A DNA stretch of 64,000 bases, from NCBI GenBank assembly GCA_052426225.1, contig JBNJNM010000016.1:14117-78116 (forward strand), written 5' to 3'. The DNA comes from Zancudomyces culisetae HAW-14-8. Its lineage: Eukaryota; Fungi; Kickxellomycota. The notes beneath the pieces were generated by a model. It was given only the letters and a program-made list of their open reading frames with translations, ran no database searches and was not told where the DNA came from. Positions 26,628-42,200 of this stretch are shown piece after piece (position 1 is the first letter of the stretch; the number at the start of each line of letters is the position of its first letter). Position numbers and translations under genes: made by a program.

Positions 26628-27664
26628 ATGAATGATTTTAAAAAGTACCAATCAAGCAAAGGAAGAGGCATGAGAGAGGAAACACCCTCCAAGCCAACAT
26701 TTGCCGACGCTAACGAATCTGATGAGGAGGTAGATGCAATCAAAACCAGAATATATGAAACCAAACAGGACAGTTTGAGATCAACCAGAAATGCACTCAG
26801 ACAGGTTAGAGAAACGGAGGGTACGGCCGCAAAGACCATGGTAAAGTTGGGGGAGCAGTCAGGTCAGTAGAGTTTCCACTACCTTTATTGTATTTCCGTC
26901 ATATCGGTTTATTTATATTTTGCAAGGGTCCAAACGGCTCTTCTAGTTTTCTTTAGCTGGCTTGCAGAATTACTTTATTCAAGCTATTCTTGAGAGAGTT
27001 TGCCGCACTAAACTTCACTACATTAAACCATCATTGCTTTAATATTTTACTCTTACCTTTATCATTCGATGATATATTATCCTTGTATTTTAGAACATAA
27101 AGTAACACCATAAATATTATTTTATATAAAATAGCTCAACTTAATAAGATTGACAAAACAGTTGAACTCACAAACGTACATGCACAGGACTCGATCGAAA
27201 AGACTAACAAGCTGAAGACCCTTAACAAGTCTATTTTTGCAATCAGCATAGGTAACCCATTCTCTAACAAGAAAAAGCGCCAAGAAGAGCTCGAAAAAGC
27301 TAAGCTTGCTCATGAAAAGAGTGTAGAAGAAAATGAGAGAATAAGAAAACAGAATTACGACTCCAAGAAACGAGTTGAAGGTGTCACAAAGGAGGCAGGA
27401 AGATTTGCCTCTGGAAACTCCAAACTTTCTGCTGAGGATAGGGCAAGATACACCTTCGAAGATGAAGATCCTGATATGGAGGACGAAATAAACGAAAATC
27501 TTAACGAGATCGGTGATGCTGTCGGTGGCTTGAAGCGGATGGCTCTTGGAATGGGCGAAGAGCTAGAAGCACAAAACAAAACTCTTGACCGTGTTCAGAA
27601 GCGTACAGATGATACTTCTGCCAAGATTGCTGTTTCACAACACGTGCTCCGAAAGATCAAATAA
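26628..27664 (+). CDS. SEC9: Sec9/SNAP-25-like Qbc-SNARE (intron 26863-27134), 254 aa
   Basis: Two SNARE motifs (KQDSLRSTRNAL...LGEQ; EDEINENL...MGEELEAQN); splicing gives 765 nt in frame. Confidence 0.88.
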
Positions 27665-29126
27665 GCCTCTGCGCTTGTTTTATCCTCCAAATGGCTTTAA
27701 CAAGTGTAGATTGGTGTTTTGTAATTTATTTTTCGTAATCTTTTTTTTTCTCAAGATTTGCAACACCATTCAGCCGCTGTTAACTATTTATCACACCTTT
27801 ACTATTACTTTTTTATTATTTTTTTTTGTCTTTACAGAATAATGTTTTATAATTATGTTATAGTTGAGAAAAAAGCGTAAGGAAATGGTGCTAGATTAAA
27901 TAACAAGGAACACTGCAGCAACCGAGTATTGTGAACTTCATGTTCTTCTTCTATTTCTCTTTACCATCGTTTTTTGTGGATTTGGTACGCTATTGATGTT
28001 TTATGTGAAGTGTGAAATGTTAGAAGTGAAACACAGGACCCATGGACATTATGAGTTTGAAAAGCACAAAAGTTGTATGTATCACAAATTGTACTTTCAC
28101 CATGATGTGTACATATGTATGAATTAGTACTTTCTGTTAGCAACCCTAAAATTCAATCCTGTATGACGATGGTTCACTAGCTAAATGGGGGCGGGTTTAC
28201 AAGGGGGGAGTTCGTTTGGTGTTGACTGTATTGGTAATTCCACAACTGCTATTGGACATTATTTTAGACATGTGAAGCATAAAAACACAAAAATAGGAAT
28301 GATCGAGAAAGGTTTGTTTTGTTGTTTTTTTTTGGGGGGGGGTGTTACCTTATATTTACCCGTATTATTTTCCAACCCTTTTAAAAGTAAACCAACCGTC
28401 TAGTATGGTAAAAGCACAGAAAGCGAAAAAATTCACCCACGCACACGTTTCCCGCCCCCAAATTTCCTCTCTAGCTTCGATCCAGCTAATTAAACATGGT
28501 ACTTAATGTTCTATTATTTATCAGTTTTATCACTAAACCGAGGGGAATTTGCTCATTTGCGCACCTATAGTTAAATCTTAATAAACACCAAGAAAAAAAA
28601 GATATTTTTGTTGGCCGAATGCTGGCATAAAGAAAAGACCGGGAATTTGATTTATAAAATGACAGTATTTTTGACCTGTATTCAACATTTCGTATGCCAA
28701 TTTAAAGCACTCAAGAAACCCCCCCAAAAAAGTATTCCAGTATATCAATATTTTGGCCTAAGCGGATTATTAGCTTACAAACCAAGTTTTGTTTGTGTTA
28801 AAATAAAGAAAAGATGAACGAACTCTTTCTTTTTTAAATCTTGAAACAACCTTAAATATACAACACCCGAAGCAAACTACAATGTCTCACTAAGTATACA
28901 GTGTATTGCAAATATTAGAATTTTAATATCTAGAGTTCAAAGAGTTTATTACACTTTAGTAGTCTGTTACCTAACAAAAATACTGATTGTGATAGTTGTG
29001 GGGTGGGTTGTCCGATATAATCAATACAAGATTTTCACTTTTCTCGATATATATATATATATTACTAATTATACCTTTAAATTATTGAAAAACACACTTC
29101 GCTAGCTACAATAGTCGTAAAATAAG

Positions 29127-30137
29127 ATGGATCTGAAGAGCCTTATTTCTTTGCTGCTCTTTCAACTTTTTGTGGTAAATGGGGATCAGCAAGTAAAAAG
29201 AGATAACTCCAGTGAATCAATCAGTAAATTCGACTTGACGTCCAACCAGCGGGTTGTTAATGGAGTGCCAGCCCTTATAAACGAGTTTCCCTACGCCGTT
29301 TTCATATATATCGACTTGGGAAGTTCAGGCGAGGTTTGTACAGGATCATTAATCTCTGACTCTGTGGTTGTTACCGCAGCACACTGTCTATTAAAAGACT
29401 TGAAAGAGCCTTATTCACCATCAAAATTTCTTGTCAGCGCGGGAAGTATAAAAAGCATTGATACGAATACAAACAGATTCAAAGTAAAAGCAACATATTC
29501 TCACCCAAAGTTTAATAAAAATTCTCTAGCGAATGACATTGGTTTACTTGTACTTTCATCACCCGTTCCCAGCAGTATTGCGACTCCAGTTTCAATTTAT
29601 GACGACGTTGTGGGGGATGGGATGAACGTTACTGCTGCGGGTTGGGGAGTTACTTCAAACAACGCCAATGCCAGCGCATCCAAGGTTTTAAATAAGGTTC
29701 CCCTCATTGTTTCCTCTTCTAGTACGTGTAAGACGCTTAACCCATTTTGGAAAAATAATAACGACTACAGTATATGTACAGTAAATGTTAAAAACCAGGA
29801 TACGTGTTACGGAGATTCAGGTGGGCCACTGACATACATAGAAGACGGTGCTCATTTACTAGTTGGTCTGACAAGTATGGGGAATGCACCTGGAGATGAT
29901 ACAACATCCTCGTTATGTGGAGTGAATGGCGGCGCAGCTTATTACACACACGTGTTTTATTTTATTGACTGGATATCCCAGACAACAGGGATCAAAAAGG
30001 AGGATCTTTTGGATAAAACATCACGATCTAACCTCCAACCGCAGACTTCTGCTGCGACTCGGAAAGGATCACAAGTTTTCTTGCCTATTTCGTTCTCTTT
30101 ATTATTCATTGCTTTTACTTTACTGCTATTTATGTAG
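29127..30137 (+). CDS. Secreted trypsin-like (S1A) serine protease, probably GPI- or membrane-anchored
   Basis: Signal peptide; R|VVNG activation site; TAAHC, DIGL, GDSGGP triad motifs; hydrophobic C-terminus. Confidence 0.93.
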   Translation: MDLKSLISLLLFQLFVVNGDQQVKRDNSSESISKFDLTSNQRVVNGVPALINEFPYAVFIYIDLGSSGEVCTGSLISDSVVVTAAHCLLKDLKEPYSPSKFLVSAGSIKSIDTNTNRFKVKATYSHPKFNKNSLANDIGLLVLSSPVPSSIATPVSIYDDVVGDGMNVTAAGWGVTSNNANASASKVLNKVPLIVSSSSTCKTLNPFWKNNNDYSICTVNVKNQDTCYGDSGGPLTYIEDGAHLLVGLTSMGNAPGDDTTSSLCGVNGGAAYYTHVFYFIDWISQTTGIKKEDLLDKTSRSNLQPQTSAATRKGSQVFLPISFSLLFIAFTLLLFM

Positions 30138-30239
30138 GTATTAAGGGGATGTAGCTAATTGACAGAAAAATAGAACAAGTTACTTTTTTATAGACTTTTC
30201 TTTATTATATTATATATTAGTAAACAAATAAATATGAAA

Positions 30240-33200
30240 CTATTTAGCCACTGAAAGAGCTACAACTTGCATACAGTCAAAGACAATGTTCAGCTCTATC
30301 GTGTTGATTCCAATACGCTCAACCAGTTCTGCCAACTTGTTATAAAATTTTACAGAAGCAGCTATATAGGTGTCATCGCTGGCTATGTCCTCAATCTCAA
30401 TGTCAATTAGAGGCGCTGCAGCTCCTTTACTCCAAAGTTCCACATTGGAACCGTGTTGATCATTAAAACTTGTTATAGCTTTTATTGTTGCTTCTTTTGC
30501 GCACCATAGCATTGTAAAGCCTGATGCGATAGAGGATTGAGTCTTGCAATACTCTATTTCCTTTTTAGTAAAGTTTCGGGTGATAAAGTTTTCATTTTCC
30601 ACATTTAGCGAGGATACTGGTTCAATATCAATACCAATACCACATATCTGCTTTTTATCAATGTTCTTTATAATTTTATCAAGTGCAAGAACTGTATTAT
30701 TTATAATCAAGTCATTGATAGATCCAGACTCGGGTTCGGTTATCTGGTCAAATCTGTTGAACGAATAAGTCTCAGATACCGGATCAAACGAAACTCTAGC
30801 ATTGGGATTCATATATACTAGCTCTTCCATTTCCTTGGAAAACGGAGGATCGGACTTTATTTTGACATGCTTTTTGAGCCCAGTTAAAGTGTTTTGGTAA
30901 TATCTGTTAGCTTTGATCTGCCTTTGATTCCGTTTTTTCAAATATGACGCGTATTCGTGTCTATCTAGTGACGCTAGCAGATAATCTGGATGCACAACAA
31001 TCATTTCACCGCAATCTTTAGACTTTCCATATGATCTTAATATTCCTGCCTTAACCATGGGTCTCTTGTAGGATTCGTATGGGAAAAAAGTAAAGGTGTA
31101 GTCTTTATAATCGTTGGAAATGTTGTCAGAAATTCTATTCCCAGGAATGATCCCAGTGTTAATAGATTGGATAAGCCCAGTCAGCTCGATAACTGAAGAT
31201 GCGCTTTTTGTGTGTCCAATAAGCCCCTTTTGTGAAACAACGGGGCAAATATTGCCAGGTGTTCTTCCCAAATAGTTAAACTGAATATCTGCTATTTTTA
31301 GCTCCATATGGTCCATACGACTTATTGAACTCGAATACATGCTAACAACATCGATATCATTAATATCCAACCCAAAACAAGATAGAGCCCCTCTAATAGG
31401 AGAAATGGTTTTATCACTTCTCCAAAACTCATTTGTCCAGAAGCTTATTGCCTCTTTTCTTAATCTGTTTTCTTGATTTGATATGCTATTGATAACTTCT
31501 GTAATCAAATCCAGCTTACTTTGTGAGGTATTGCTGCTCAAAAATAAATCTCTGTCAGATACGAGACCATTTGATCCAAAATTATCAGTTTGGAAATATT
31601 CATCAAATCCCGTAGATGTAATGTAAGAGTACTCTTCGGTTGCCCATTTTTTGATCTCCAAAAGTCTTTTTTCTAGCTGGTCTTTCCGATAGCTGATATC
31701 TAAAATAGGGTTGGGCATATTTGTAATGGGATCACATTCACGAGAATTGGATAGTACTCCGTACCCAACATATTCCCTATAGGTAGCATAACTTGATGTG
31801 TTGGTCTGGCAAAAGGCAATTATTGCATATATTGGCACACCCATTTCTAGTGCAGTCCTGGCAGACATTAGAACCATAGTTGATGAGCCGATACTTTCAA
31901 CAAAACCATCGCTAGTATTTGTAAATGGCCGAAAATGATCTTTTACAGTTCTTCCCGCCTTTTGTTCTTTAGATGCCGTCACTAGCTCTTTATTAAGGAA
32001 AAGTTCGAGGTTCATTTCCTCGTCTACATCATCTTGACCCCCAGCAATCATCACCTTTGCCTTGCCCATCTGAATACTCTCAACAGCAATCGAAACAGAT
32101 GCTAATCCATTGGAATAGGATGTGCTTGGAATTTTTATAGGCCCGGCGGACGACAATAGCAGCAAGTTTATCCATCCCGACATTGATGAGGGAAATGTCT
32201 CTTGTAATATATCCTTTTGTACATCTTCGTCTCTTAGTCTCCCCAGACATGTTTCTAAAAATGACTCAACACCACCCACAAATGAGCCCACCGAATTTCC
32301 AACTTCAGTTAGATGTACGTATTTGTAGAATTCGTATGGATCCTCAATTCCAGCCCGCATTAACGAATCACATGTGGAAACTAGGGTCAGGAGAGTCAAA
32401 TAATCTACTTGGTTAATGGTATCTGTGTCTATCCCATATCTTTTTGCCGACCATCCCTTTGGAAGTAATCCTACAGTGTTAGAGTCGATTTTAGTTGCCT
32501 TGGGAAAGTACAGTTTTGCTCCGGGCAAGAACTGTACAGACCACGTTTCGTCACCATTGCTCCAAATCTTTACCTTATCTTCATTTCGCAGTTTAAAGTG
32601 TTCGGCTTCCACCTGTGTCGTAATTATCGGATGCATTTTTTCTTGGATTTCGATTTCCTGTATAGTGACTCGTTCATCTGGATTGTATCCACGCATTAAC
32701 TCTGGGTCAATGTTTCTTATTCTGGAGTTTTGAACAATCTTCATCTCATAAATACTCCTAATTCTTTTCTCTTCAATTGGTTGTTTGGTTTCACAGTCTA
32801 TCCATCCATTATAATAGCGACCATCCTTTTGCTTTCCGTTGAAATATTCTATATATCCCATGATCCAAGCCAAGACAATGCAGCTTTCTGTAGATAAGTT
32901 TTCGTCAACTTCAAAATCCCATCTAGTTTCTGCAGTACCGTACGGAGTAACTTCACCATATCCAACTAAAACCACTGTTTTGTCCAGATCCAGCATATTC
33001 TTCATGTAGTTTAGATTTTCAAGCTCATCATACGTTTTGGTTTTAGGAAATTCCAGCCAAAGCTTAGACTGTGGGATAGCTTGGGTGGTTTTATATAGAC
33101 GTTCCACGTTTTCTCCCTCAATCATATTGAAATCAAATGAGGTTTCCGCAACAATTTTCTTTTGCAACGAGCTCTGAAACATTAAGTTGTTTCTAATCTT

Positions 33201-36200
33201 AACGCATCTATCATTAAAGTCCATCATAATCCCGAACCCACCGCTAATGTCAACATACATGGGGCCGCTGTTTGATACTTGTGACAATCGCGGATGCAAG
33301 AGACCCATCACGTTAAGTGCAATCTCATCAGGCGAAAACGTCTTTCCTCCTTGTTTCTCCATTTCTTCCGCAACAATATCATTTTGGTTCATCAGTGATG
33401 TACCTCTTGCCCAACCCACAACTACACCAATTATATTTATGATTCCGCCCCATGATTCAGCTCTCCACTTATCAAATAACGTTTCAAGTCCGATTTTACT
33501 TTCGGCGTACAGACCATCGTATCCAAAGCCACCATGATTTAGTGATAATGGTACCACTACTCTGGTAGGTCTGAAAACACTATTTAGCTCGTTCTTATTC
33601 TTTACAATTCTGCCAACCATCCTTATAATATTGATAAGCATTGTACGATGACTCAATTCCGAGTAGGAATCTATGCAAGTGATATCCCTATTTATTTCTG
33701 ACATCGCTGCAAACGGGATAAATAGATCCAAATCTAACCCAAGCCCTCCACTTGCCTTTGGTTTGTAAATAAAATCAACCAAGTTGTTAATATCAGTTTG
33801 TGAAGATTGATTAAACGGAACAACAGTTAGTGACGATTTTTTAGACCCATGCTCCTTATAAACCTTTTCATACATCCTTATATTATCGTATTTGAAATTC
33901 GATGTTGTCGCAATGACGTTTGCACCAGATACTAGTAATGCCTTTACAAGAGATAAACCTATAGAATTCTTCCCACAACCTGTAACCAAAACGTTCTTAC
34001 CACTATATGAAATACCATGTTTTGAAATATCCAATATAGCAGCCATATACACTGAAGTCGAATCAGGGTCATAGTTCCATATTTCATGTGAAAACCTGGT
34101 TCGAAGGTGAAGAAACGGAATTCTGTCTTTTATGAGAATTTGTTTGGAAAATTGTTGAAAATCGTCAAACTCTCTCATATCTTTTTCAAGTTGACTAGTT
34201 TTATCGAACTGATCAGTGTGTGCTTCCTTTTTTCTAGTTGCCAGTTCTGACAGCAAGGCTGAAATTCTATTAAGGTCCAATGTCTTTTCACCACCACCAC
34301 TATTACTATTTATAAGATCAACAATTTCTTCAACCTTTAAGCCACTCGATATATCACTATCTTGGGTTCGACTAGCCAGATTAGGTATGCCCTTTACCAT
34401 TGATTTCAAATAATCAACACAGCTATTTACTCCGGCTCTTGGAGTTTCTGTATATTGAATTTCCCCCTTGTTGTTAACAGTTGTCCTTGGACCCACAAAT
34501 TTCTCCAAACCCTTATACAATGGATCTAATTCAACATTTGCCTCGCAAACATTTACTAGATCCCTCAATAGCTCAATCTTTGCTGCCAACTCCTTATTTT
34601 CATGGGTTAGACTGTTTTCTTGTTTTAATATCTGCAATTTGTATTTTAAAAAGTCAACCAACTGAATGCTAGAACAGTTTACAAGATGTCTGAACTCGTC
34701 CATTAGAGTTTCCTTTATTTTTTCGCTATTCATTTCCACCATTCTATAGAAAAGCGAGTCTGCCCGTGCCAAAGACCAGTTCCAGTATGAGTCAAAGACT
34801 CTAACTTTTTCTTCCTCAAAAATCGATTTTATTCCTTCAATAAACACCTCTCCCTGCTCACTAAGTAAATAATCAATCTGAGCTTGAACTTCACCCAGTT
34901 TGTTTGTTGTTTCCTCCAACGCTTCGTGGCTCTTGCTATAGCTTACACCGAAATAATCGTTCAAAGATTCAAGATGAGAATTCAATAATGTATCTTGCTT
35001 TTCCACTAGACTGGTGAATTCTTTTGAATTTATTACTGTGGTACTTTTTCCTGCACTAGAAGACACACTTAGTTGAGAATATTGTATTCCAAATATTTTA
35101 GCATATTGATTGGCAACTATTTCCAACCACGAATTCATGTCCTTTTCATTTGCCAATCGGTTTTCAGGCTCAAATGTAGTTCCCAGCAAAAGCAAACAGT
35201 CAGCACGCAATGGACCTAGTCCGTACTTTTTGTTTAGCATTTCCTTGATCTTGGGAATGGTAAATCCACCCGGCATCTTTGAGTTTACCAACTTTGACAC
35301 CCTTACAGATGAAAATGGTCCCAGTCCGCCAGAAGAGTTATTAAGTTGGCCAAAAAGCTCAACCAGTGGCATTTCCTCAGCCTTATCAGGTAGTTGATTT
35401 TGAAACTCTTTTTGTAAATCACTGATTATTTCATTTTGCATTGCTGATTTGCCATTGACTAGGTCCTTAATAGATTTGGAATCGGAAATATCAATGTAAC
35501 TTTTTTTCAGCTTTTGAGCAACTATAGAGGTAATGATTTCACGAGCTGTGATTTTTACATCTTCTATTTGTGCAGCTACTCCTTGAGATATATTCCCATC
35601 GCCAGAACTGTTTTCGAGAGCAGGGCTGTAATGTAGATCAGTTGGTGTTGCTGTTGGTGTTGCTGTTTCAGCTGGTTTGGTGACTTGTTCACTTGAACGA
35701 GACGTTGAAGTCTGTGTGTCTGCAGCTTCACTTTGTTTGTCGGTAGAGAGCTTTTTACTGGATATTGGAAGAGAGGCGTTTGATTCTTGAGGTTCGTTGG
35801 ATTCATTTTGTCTGTTGGCGTGATAAATGGATTCTTTATCGCTAATACAATGTAGTATAGTACGCTGGATTCCCTCCAAATCGTCTTGATCCTTGAACTT
35901 GGCATGTATCGTTCTTGTTGCCATTCCAACCAACACGGAACTGGGCCCGACCTCAATAGCTTGTTCAATATTACAGTCTCCGAATATGGTATTTTGAGTT
36001 TCAATCCATTGAACAGGGCTGGCAAATTGATATGACAACAGTTCAACCAAAAGAATGTGGCCCAGTCGTTGTTTCTCATGTCGATCAGCCAAATGTGATT
36101 CGTCCCAATGATCAATGACCTCTCTGAGGTGCGGTGAATGGGTAGCACTGTAGACCATTTCAAAGTATGCTTTCGATACAGCAAACATCTTTCCTGTTAC

Positions 36201-39200
36201 ATTTGGAATATATCTACGTTCTAGCTGTTCAACTACTACATTTTCCTTTGTGATTGATTTGTGTAGGAATTGTCGCATCAGTGGTACCCCCGACAATAGA
36301 AAAGAGGAATGGAATGGCACATCAATCCCAGGAATAGGAATGGTACATTTGCTTCGAGTTAGGGATATATACCCATTACTAGCATTGTACTTTTTATCAG
36401 ATTTAGCAATTATTTGGCAAATTGTCTTTTCTACAAACGCACTAAATTCTTGCATCATTTCTGTATCAACTATATCTTCAGACTCGGTATCATGACTTTT
36501 CTTAAATATACCATTTAATTGTTCTTTCTGGTAAAATAGGACATCTGTTACCTGGGAAAATATGTCCAGTAATACCAGTTCACCAGCAATCACATACTGC
36601 CAGTTATAAATGTTGTAGTTTACAATCTCCATTAAACCAGGTCTTTTTTCTTTAATCATATCAACAACCTTTTCAAACATCATTTCCATGAATTTTGAAG
36701 CTATTCGGCTTGGGTTGAAGGCAACCATTCCGTACTTACTGGCTCCCTCCTTATTGCGTTCTACAGATAACTGCATGGCCAGTCCGCGATAAAACACCAG
36801 TTCAATCATTGTTTCTACTTTTACCATTCCACCCATAACCAACAATGCGCAGAATTCTCCAAGTGAATGGCCAGCAAATACAAGATCTTTGTGCACAAGG
36901 TTGTTGTTCAACATATCCTGCGATGCCGCCATTGCAAAAAGCATAATTGAGGGCTGGGTAAACTGTGTTGCATTGAGAAGACCTGTTGGCGACCTGAATG
37001 TATAGCTTTCACTGCGCTCGTTGATTTCTGGAAAAATACTTATATACTCGGATTCGCCCTGTTTATTGGTTATTTCGTATCTCATATTTATATACCTGGT
37101 TCTAATTTCCTTACCCCTTGAACCCCCAAAATATATAGTCTTTTCGCTTGGGTTCAGTCTGATTATCTCCAACAACGAGAATCCATATAGATCGTCCATA
37201 TACTTGTCAACCGAATTCCAGATTTCTTTCACAGCTTCCGAGCCGTTGTACAGATCCACACCCATATTAACCACTTGCGAACCTTGCCCCGTAAACAGGT
37301 AAGCTGTTTTTGGTGGATTTATTTCTGCAACACCCTCCAGTACTTTGTTGCCAATGCTGGTGAATGTTTCAACTTTGATTATTTTTCGTCCATTGCGCAT
37401 GCCTACATGTGTTAATTTGGTTTCTAAGGTGTCTCCTGGTAAGACCATGTCCAAAAAGTTCACTTCATACACTGCTACTCGTTCTGGATGGCCCTCTGCA
37501 GCGCATGTTTCCACAACTCTTCTGGTCGCAGCTGAAGTCCACATTCCATGAACAATTGTTCCAGGAAGTCCACTAAGATTGGCAAAGAAGATGTTTGTGT
37601 GAATAGGATTGAGATCGGCTGTAACCAGTGCGAATTCCTTATTTGAAATCCGAGTGTGGCTGATTGCCAAATGTCTCAAATCTTTGGGAATTGCTGAATA
37701 TCCTCCATCTTCAAAATATTGTGGTTCGTCAAACGGCTCTCCGTTTCGCTCTAGATATGCCAGTACAGGATTACCATATGCATGTCCGCTTTCATAATCT
37801 ACACATCCAACCTCAACAGGAAGGGTGTTTTGAGATAAGACCTCGACCGATCCAACGGTTTTTACGCTGCTAAACTCCTTGATGCCTTTATATCTCACAC
37901 TGCTAACCAAATTAAAGACAAGTACTGAACCAACTTGAACCAACCGATCATAGTTTTCTCCGGCTATTAACCATTCTTTACTTTGCAACACCTTCAAATC
38001 CTCTTCTGTGTTTAGCGATATTTTTGCCTTGGTTTCGTCTTTTATGCTAAAAGTATTTTGGTAGTCATTGAATTTACCTCTGAACAGCGAGCTTGTAACA
38101 ACTTTGTAATGGGGTACTCCGTCTTTCATTAAAATTCCCTCGGAGGTTGTCATCTTCCCCATTGGGCTGTTTGTAACTGATAGTAATCTTGCAGTAGCAC
38201 TTAAATTATCGCTGGTTTTGAGCAGTTGGTAATCACAAAGTGATTCCAGTTTTACCGAGTAGTGTACAATGTCAAGCATGTTTGCATCTGCGCAATTGTG
38301 TGATGCAGTACAAATTGCTCCCCACAGAATACTGAATACAAAATCCATCGGAATATATGAATAGCCTTCTATGTTGTTGTATACATACTGATGCGATGTA
38401 TTATCCACCACTTGACAGAACTTGGCTACATCTTTTGGGCTAACAATAACACTATTTTGAATCACAGTTCTTTCTCCAGTCTCTTCAACGTGCATGGTAT
38501 ATTGCTCCGGATGATGCACCCATAGCTGTTTATAAAATTCGCTCACCCGTGAATTCCTCTCGTTTACAATTTCATGAATCAGAGCGTATGGGGTCTCTGG
38601 TTTATATGAAAACTTGAAAAAAACACTATAAGTATTAGCGTTTGGCTTGTCGTTCATAGTGATTGTGATTGTTTTATCCTTACATTCATACAATATCTTT
38701 ATACTTTTGAAATGATGTTCATTTTCAACACACAGCTCCGTAGGATATCCACTATCATCAAAGTGTATCGTGGTTGTGGTTTTGGGAATAGGGGCTAGTG
38801 TAGATCTAATATTATTTTCTGTAACGTCTTCTCCCCTAACTATTGACCGCGAAAAGAGCAAAGCAGACAGCCACGACTGCTTGCCACCACAAAGAACGCT
38901 ATACCACTCGTCACTTGTAGGCAAACGATCTGTATCATCCTGAAGTAGTTTAAATGTCTTTTTATTTGCCATCGAAACACACTCAATCGTGCCCGGAAGA
39001 GTTTTAGTTGTGTTTACACCAATCTCAACTGAGTATTCGATCTCAGGTACTCTGGTTTCATCACCTTCGTACATTGTATCCAAAAGAGAACGAATGTGAC
39101 TTTGATTGATACCATTCAAGATATCAGAAACTGGTTCATCAACCACGTTTGCATACGAAACGGCCACTGGTCCCTGTAAAATGCATACTTTCTGTGCATC

Positions 39201-42200
39201 TTGACCCACTACAGAGTCCAAATATTCTGACTGCCACAAACTGTCCTTTTTAAACCAGGAATCAAGGTTTTCATCCAAAATGGGAATGAATGGTACTGGC
39301 TTTCTGCCAGGTTCTTGACATATGTTTAAGAAAAAATGAGAGTCTATCACTGATATTGCTGTTTTAGATGCGTTTGGATGCATCTCCAATATAGTATTTA
39401 CAATCTCAGTTGGTTGAGAGAGTTGTGCACTTGATTGCAGTATCATTTCATGTGGTATATAGCTAAATCTCTCTTCTATTTTTCTTAAAAAGTCTGCTAC
39501 TATTTCTGTATATGAGGAATGAATCCATTTATCATTTTTCTGATCAAACATCAAATCAACCATCCTAAATATAACTTCTGAGTATGTCATCTCTTCCAAA
39601 TCGCACACATCTCCGTTTTCTTTACGTCCAAACCAAGGCCTTTGATAATCCTTATTGAGCCGCCCAATGATATACTCCTTTTTCTGCTTTAAAATCTTTT
39701 TTCTCTCCTCGACAGGCAGACTAAAGATGGTTTTATCAAGCTCATCCCAGAGCATCACCGCTCTACTAGCAATCATATGGATTGGCTGGCCGAGTTCAGA
39801 AATCACAGAGATGATCCCACCAGCTGGTCCATTATATGTGTCTGCCCACTTTATATCCGGAACACCGGGTGTGTCCACTATCAACTGTTTCACTTTATAA
39901 CTTGTAGGACATTCTTTTGCAACCATCATCCTCGACCCAAGAAGAATACCATCAAATGGCATTCTAGGTCTTTCATAAGCCATACTCCAGTCACCAGTAA
40001 TATACGGCAATGTGTCTTTATCGCCACCAAACCCTGATCCCGCGACCAAAACAACGTTTTCGCACATCCTAATCTCGGCATATGTTTCTAAAATTGGCTG
40101 GTGGAAATCTTCGGAGCTATGGTGCCCACCGCCACGCCCGCCTGTCCACTGAAGAATAATATTCATTTTGGGGTTATTTTTAGCCACTAAAACAACCTGC
40201 CTTATAGATTCAGCATTGCCTGGTTTAAAAGAAATATGCTTTATTCCGCATTGAATCATTCCTTCAATTAATTCGGTTGATGTTTCCAAACTAGGAACAC
40301 CTGCCGAAATACAAACTCCATCGATTGGAGCACCCTCGAGTCTCATTCTGTTTAGTAGCGGTAGCTGAAGACTTGCCATTCTTGCGTTCAAGAAAATTAC
40401 ATTTACTGTGATCCCATCACCTGGTCCAATGTTTCTTCGTATTTTTTCAACCTCCTCTCGTAGTGATGCCTCAGAATAATGACCTCCACCAGCAAGCTCA
40501 ATATGATAGCCAGAATTAAGAACAGACGATACAAAATCAGACCCAATAGTCGATGGTGTCATACCAGCAACCATGATATGGGGCTTTCCTAGAAGTCGTG
40601 TCATGCGTGTGTCAAGCATAAGGCTTCCGGTGTACTTATTTTGCACTATTTTTGGTCCAAACTCCTTTTCCCAGTTTTGACTATATGTCACAGAATTAGG
40701 ATCGTTGTTTAACAAATCTACAAGCGTTTTTGTACCTTCAGGTATGATTTTATTGGGACTTGCAAAAATGACTTGAACACCAGTGCCCAGTTTGTTGTTT
40801 GCGGTCAATGAGCCAATTCCTGAAATTCCACCAGGACCAAAGTCAACAATGTGTGTAATGTCTTTTAACTCTGTTGCCTTAACCCAATTTACTTGTTCAA
40901 TACATATCTCGTTGATAAGTATATATGTTAAATCTTTATCTTTGGTATCGTACATGGACCCGCATACAGATTTTACTGGAATATTCATAAATTTGCTTTG
41001 AAATAGAAATCCTTCCGTTTTTATTCTACGATGTATTTGGTCGATATGCTTCCTCATCAAATTGCTGTGTAGCGGATTAGGATTCTGTATATACTCGAAT
41101 TTAATTTCATCAGTCAAGTTTACACAATTTTTATTTTTTAGGTTCGAGATATGAGATTTAGAGAATTCTTTGAGCTTGAGAACAAACAAACGCAAAATAT
41201 GATCAGGACCTGTAAGCTGACACACACTATTTGATTTAATAAACGAAACGCATACTCTTTCGTCTGGGTCAAGATCTTTGTTGACCTGGTTAACTATTGT
41301 GTTTAGCGATTTTATTGGAATATTCATAACTTCTAATTGTATAGTCGGCATACCAGAAGGGTTTGTAGCTGTACGACTTTTAACGGAATCTCTGCTGCTG
41401 TGGATAGAGTTTTCAATATCAGCGTGGAGTCCCACGTAGTATAAAAAACCCAAGGCGTTTTTCGAGTTGTGAATGAAGCTATTATGATCGTTGGAACATG
41501 ATATAGCTACAGCCACTACGGTACCACAGCCAAATCCTGCTAGACTATCAAATCTTCTTGTAACCCAACTATAACTTCTTTTCGATACTCTACAAACCAG
41601 GTAGTATAATGACAGACTTACAAGACCCGAAAGTATCATACTCGCCGCTATTGAATGTTGAAAACCAAGTTCTTCAAAGGTTTGACATTCCTTTTTTTTC
41701 AAAAGATCTAAAATATTGATTCTGAACTTTGCCAGGCCTTTTTTATATTCATCGCTTGAAATTCCAAGTACGAGCTCCGAAAGAGTTGTTACATAGTCGT
41801 TTAATAGCGAATTATAAGTCCCTAGCAAATTTTCTAGCACTTGTAAACTCACATCGGGTGAGATATATCCATCAAATATCCCTGCTAGTTTTAGTTTTTT
41901 TTTTATTGAAAGCTCGAAAATCGCACTCAAGTGCTCATCGCTTTTTTCTGGTTGTATATTTTCCTTGACTGTAGCACTTTCTATAATGTCAACACAAGTA
42001 AAGTAGCTATTTAGAATGTTCTTTCTAGAATTATCGTCGACTTTGCTGACAGCAACATGAATATCGTTGTTATTCAAATATTCATTATCAATAACATCAA
42101 GCAAGAACCGAAGTACTCCTATCTGTTCGGGTTCAATATTGGCTTTATCGATCGAGTGAAGGTTAATATAATGGTGTATGAATTTAGTAACTAAGTCGAG

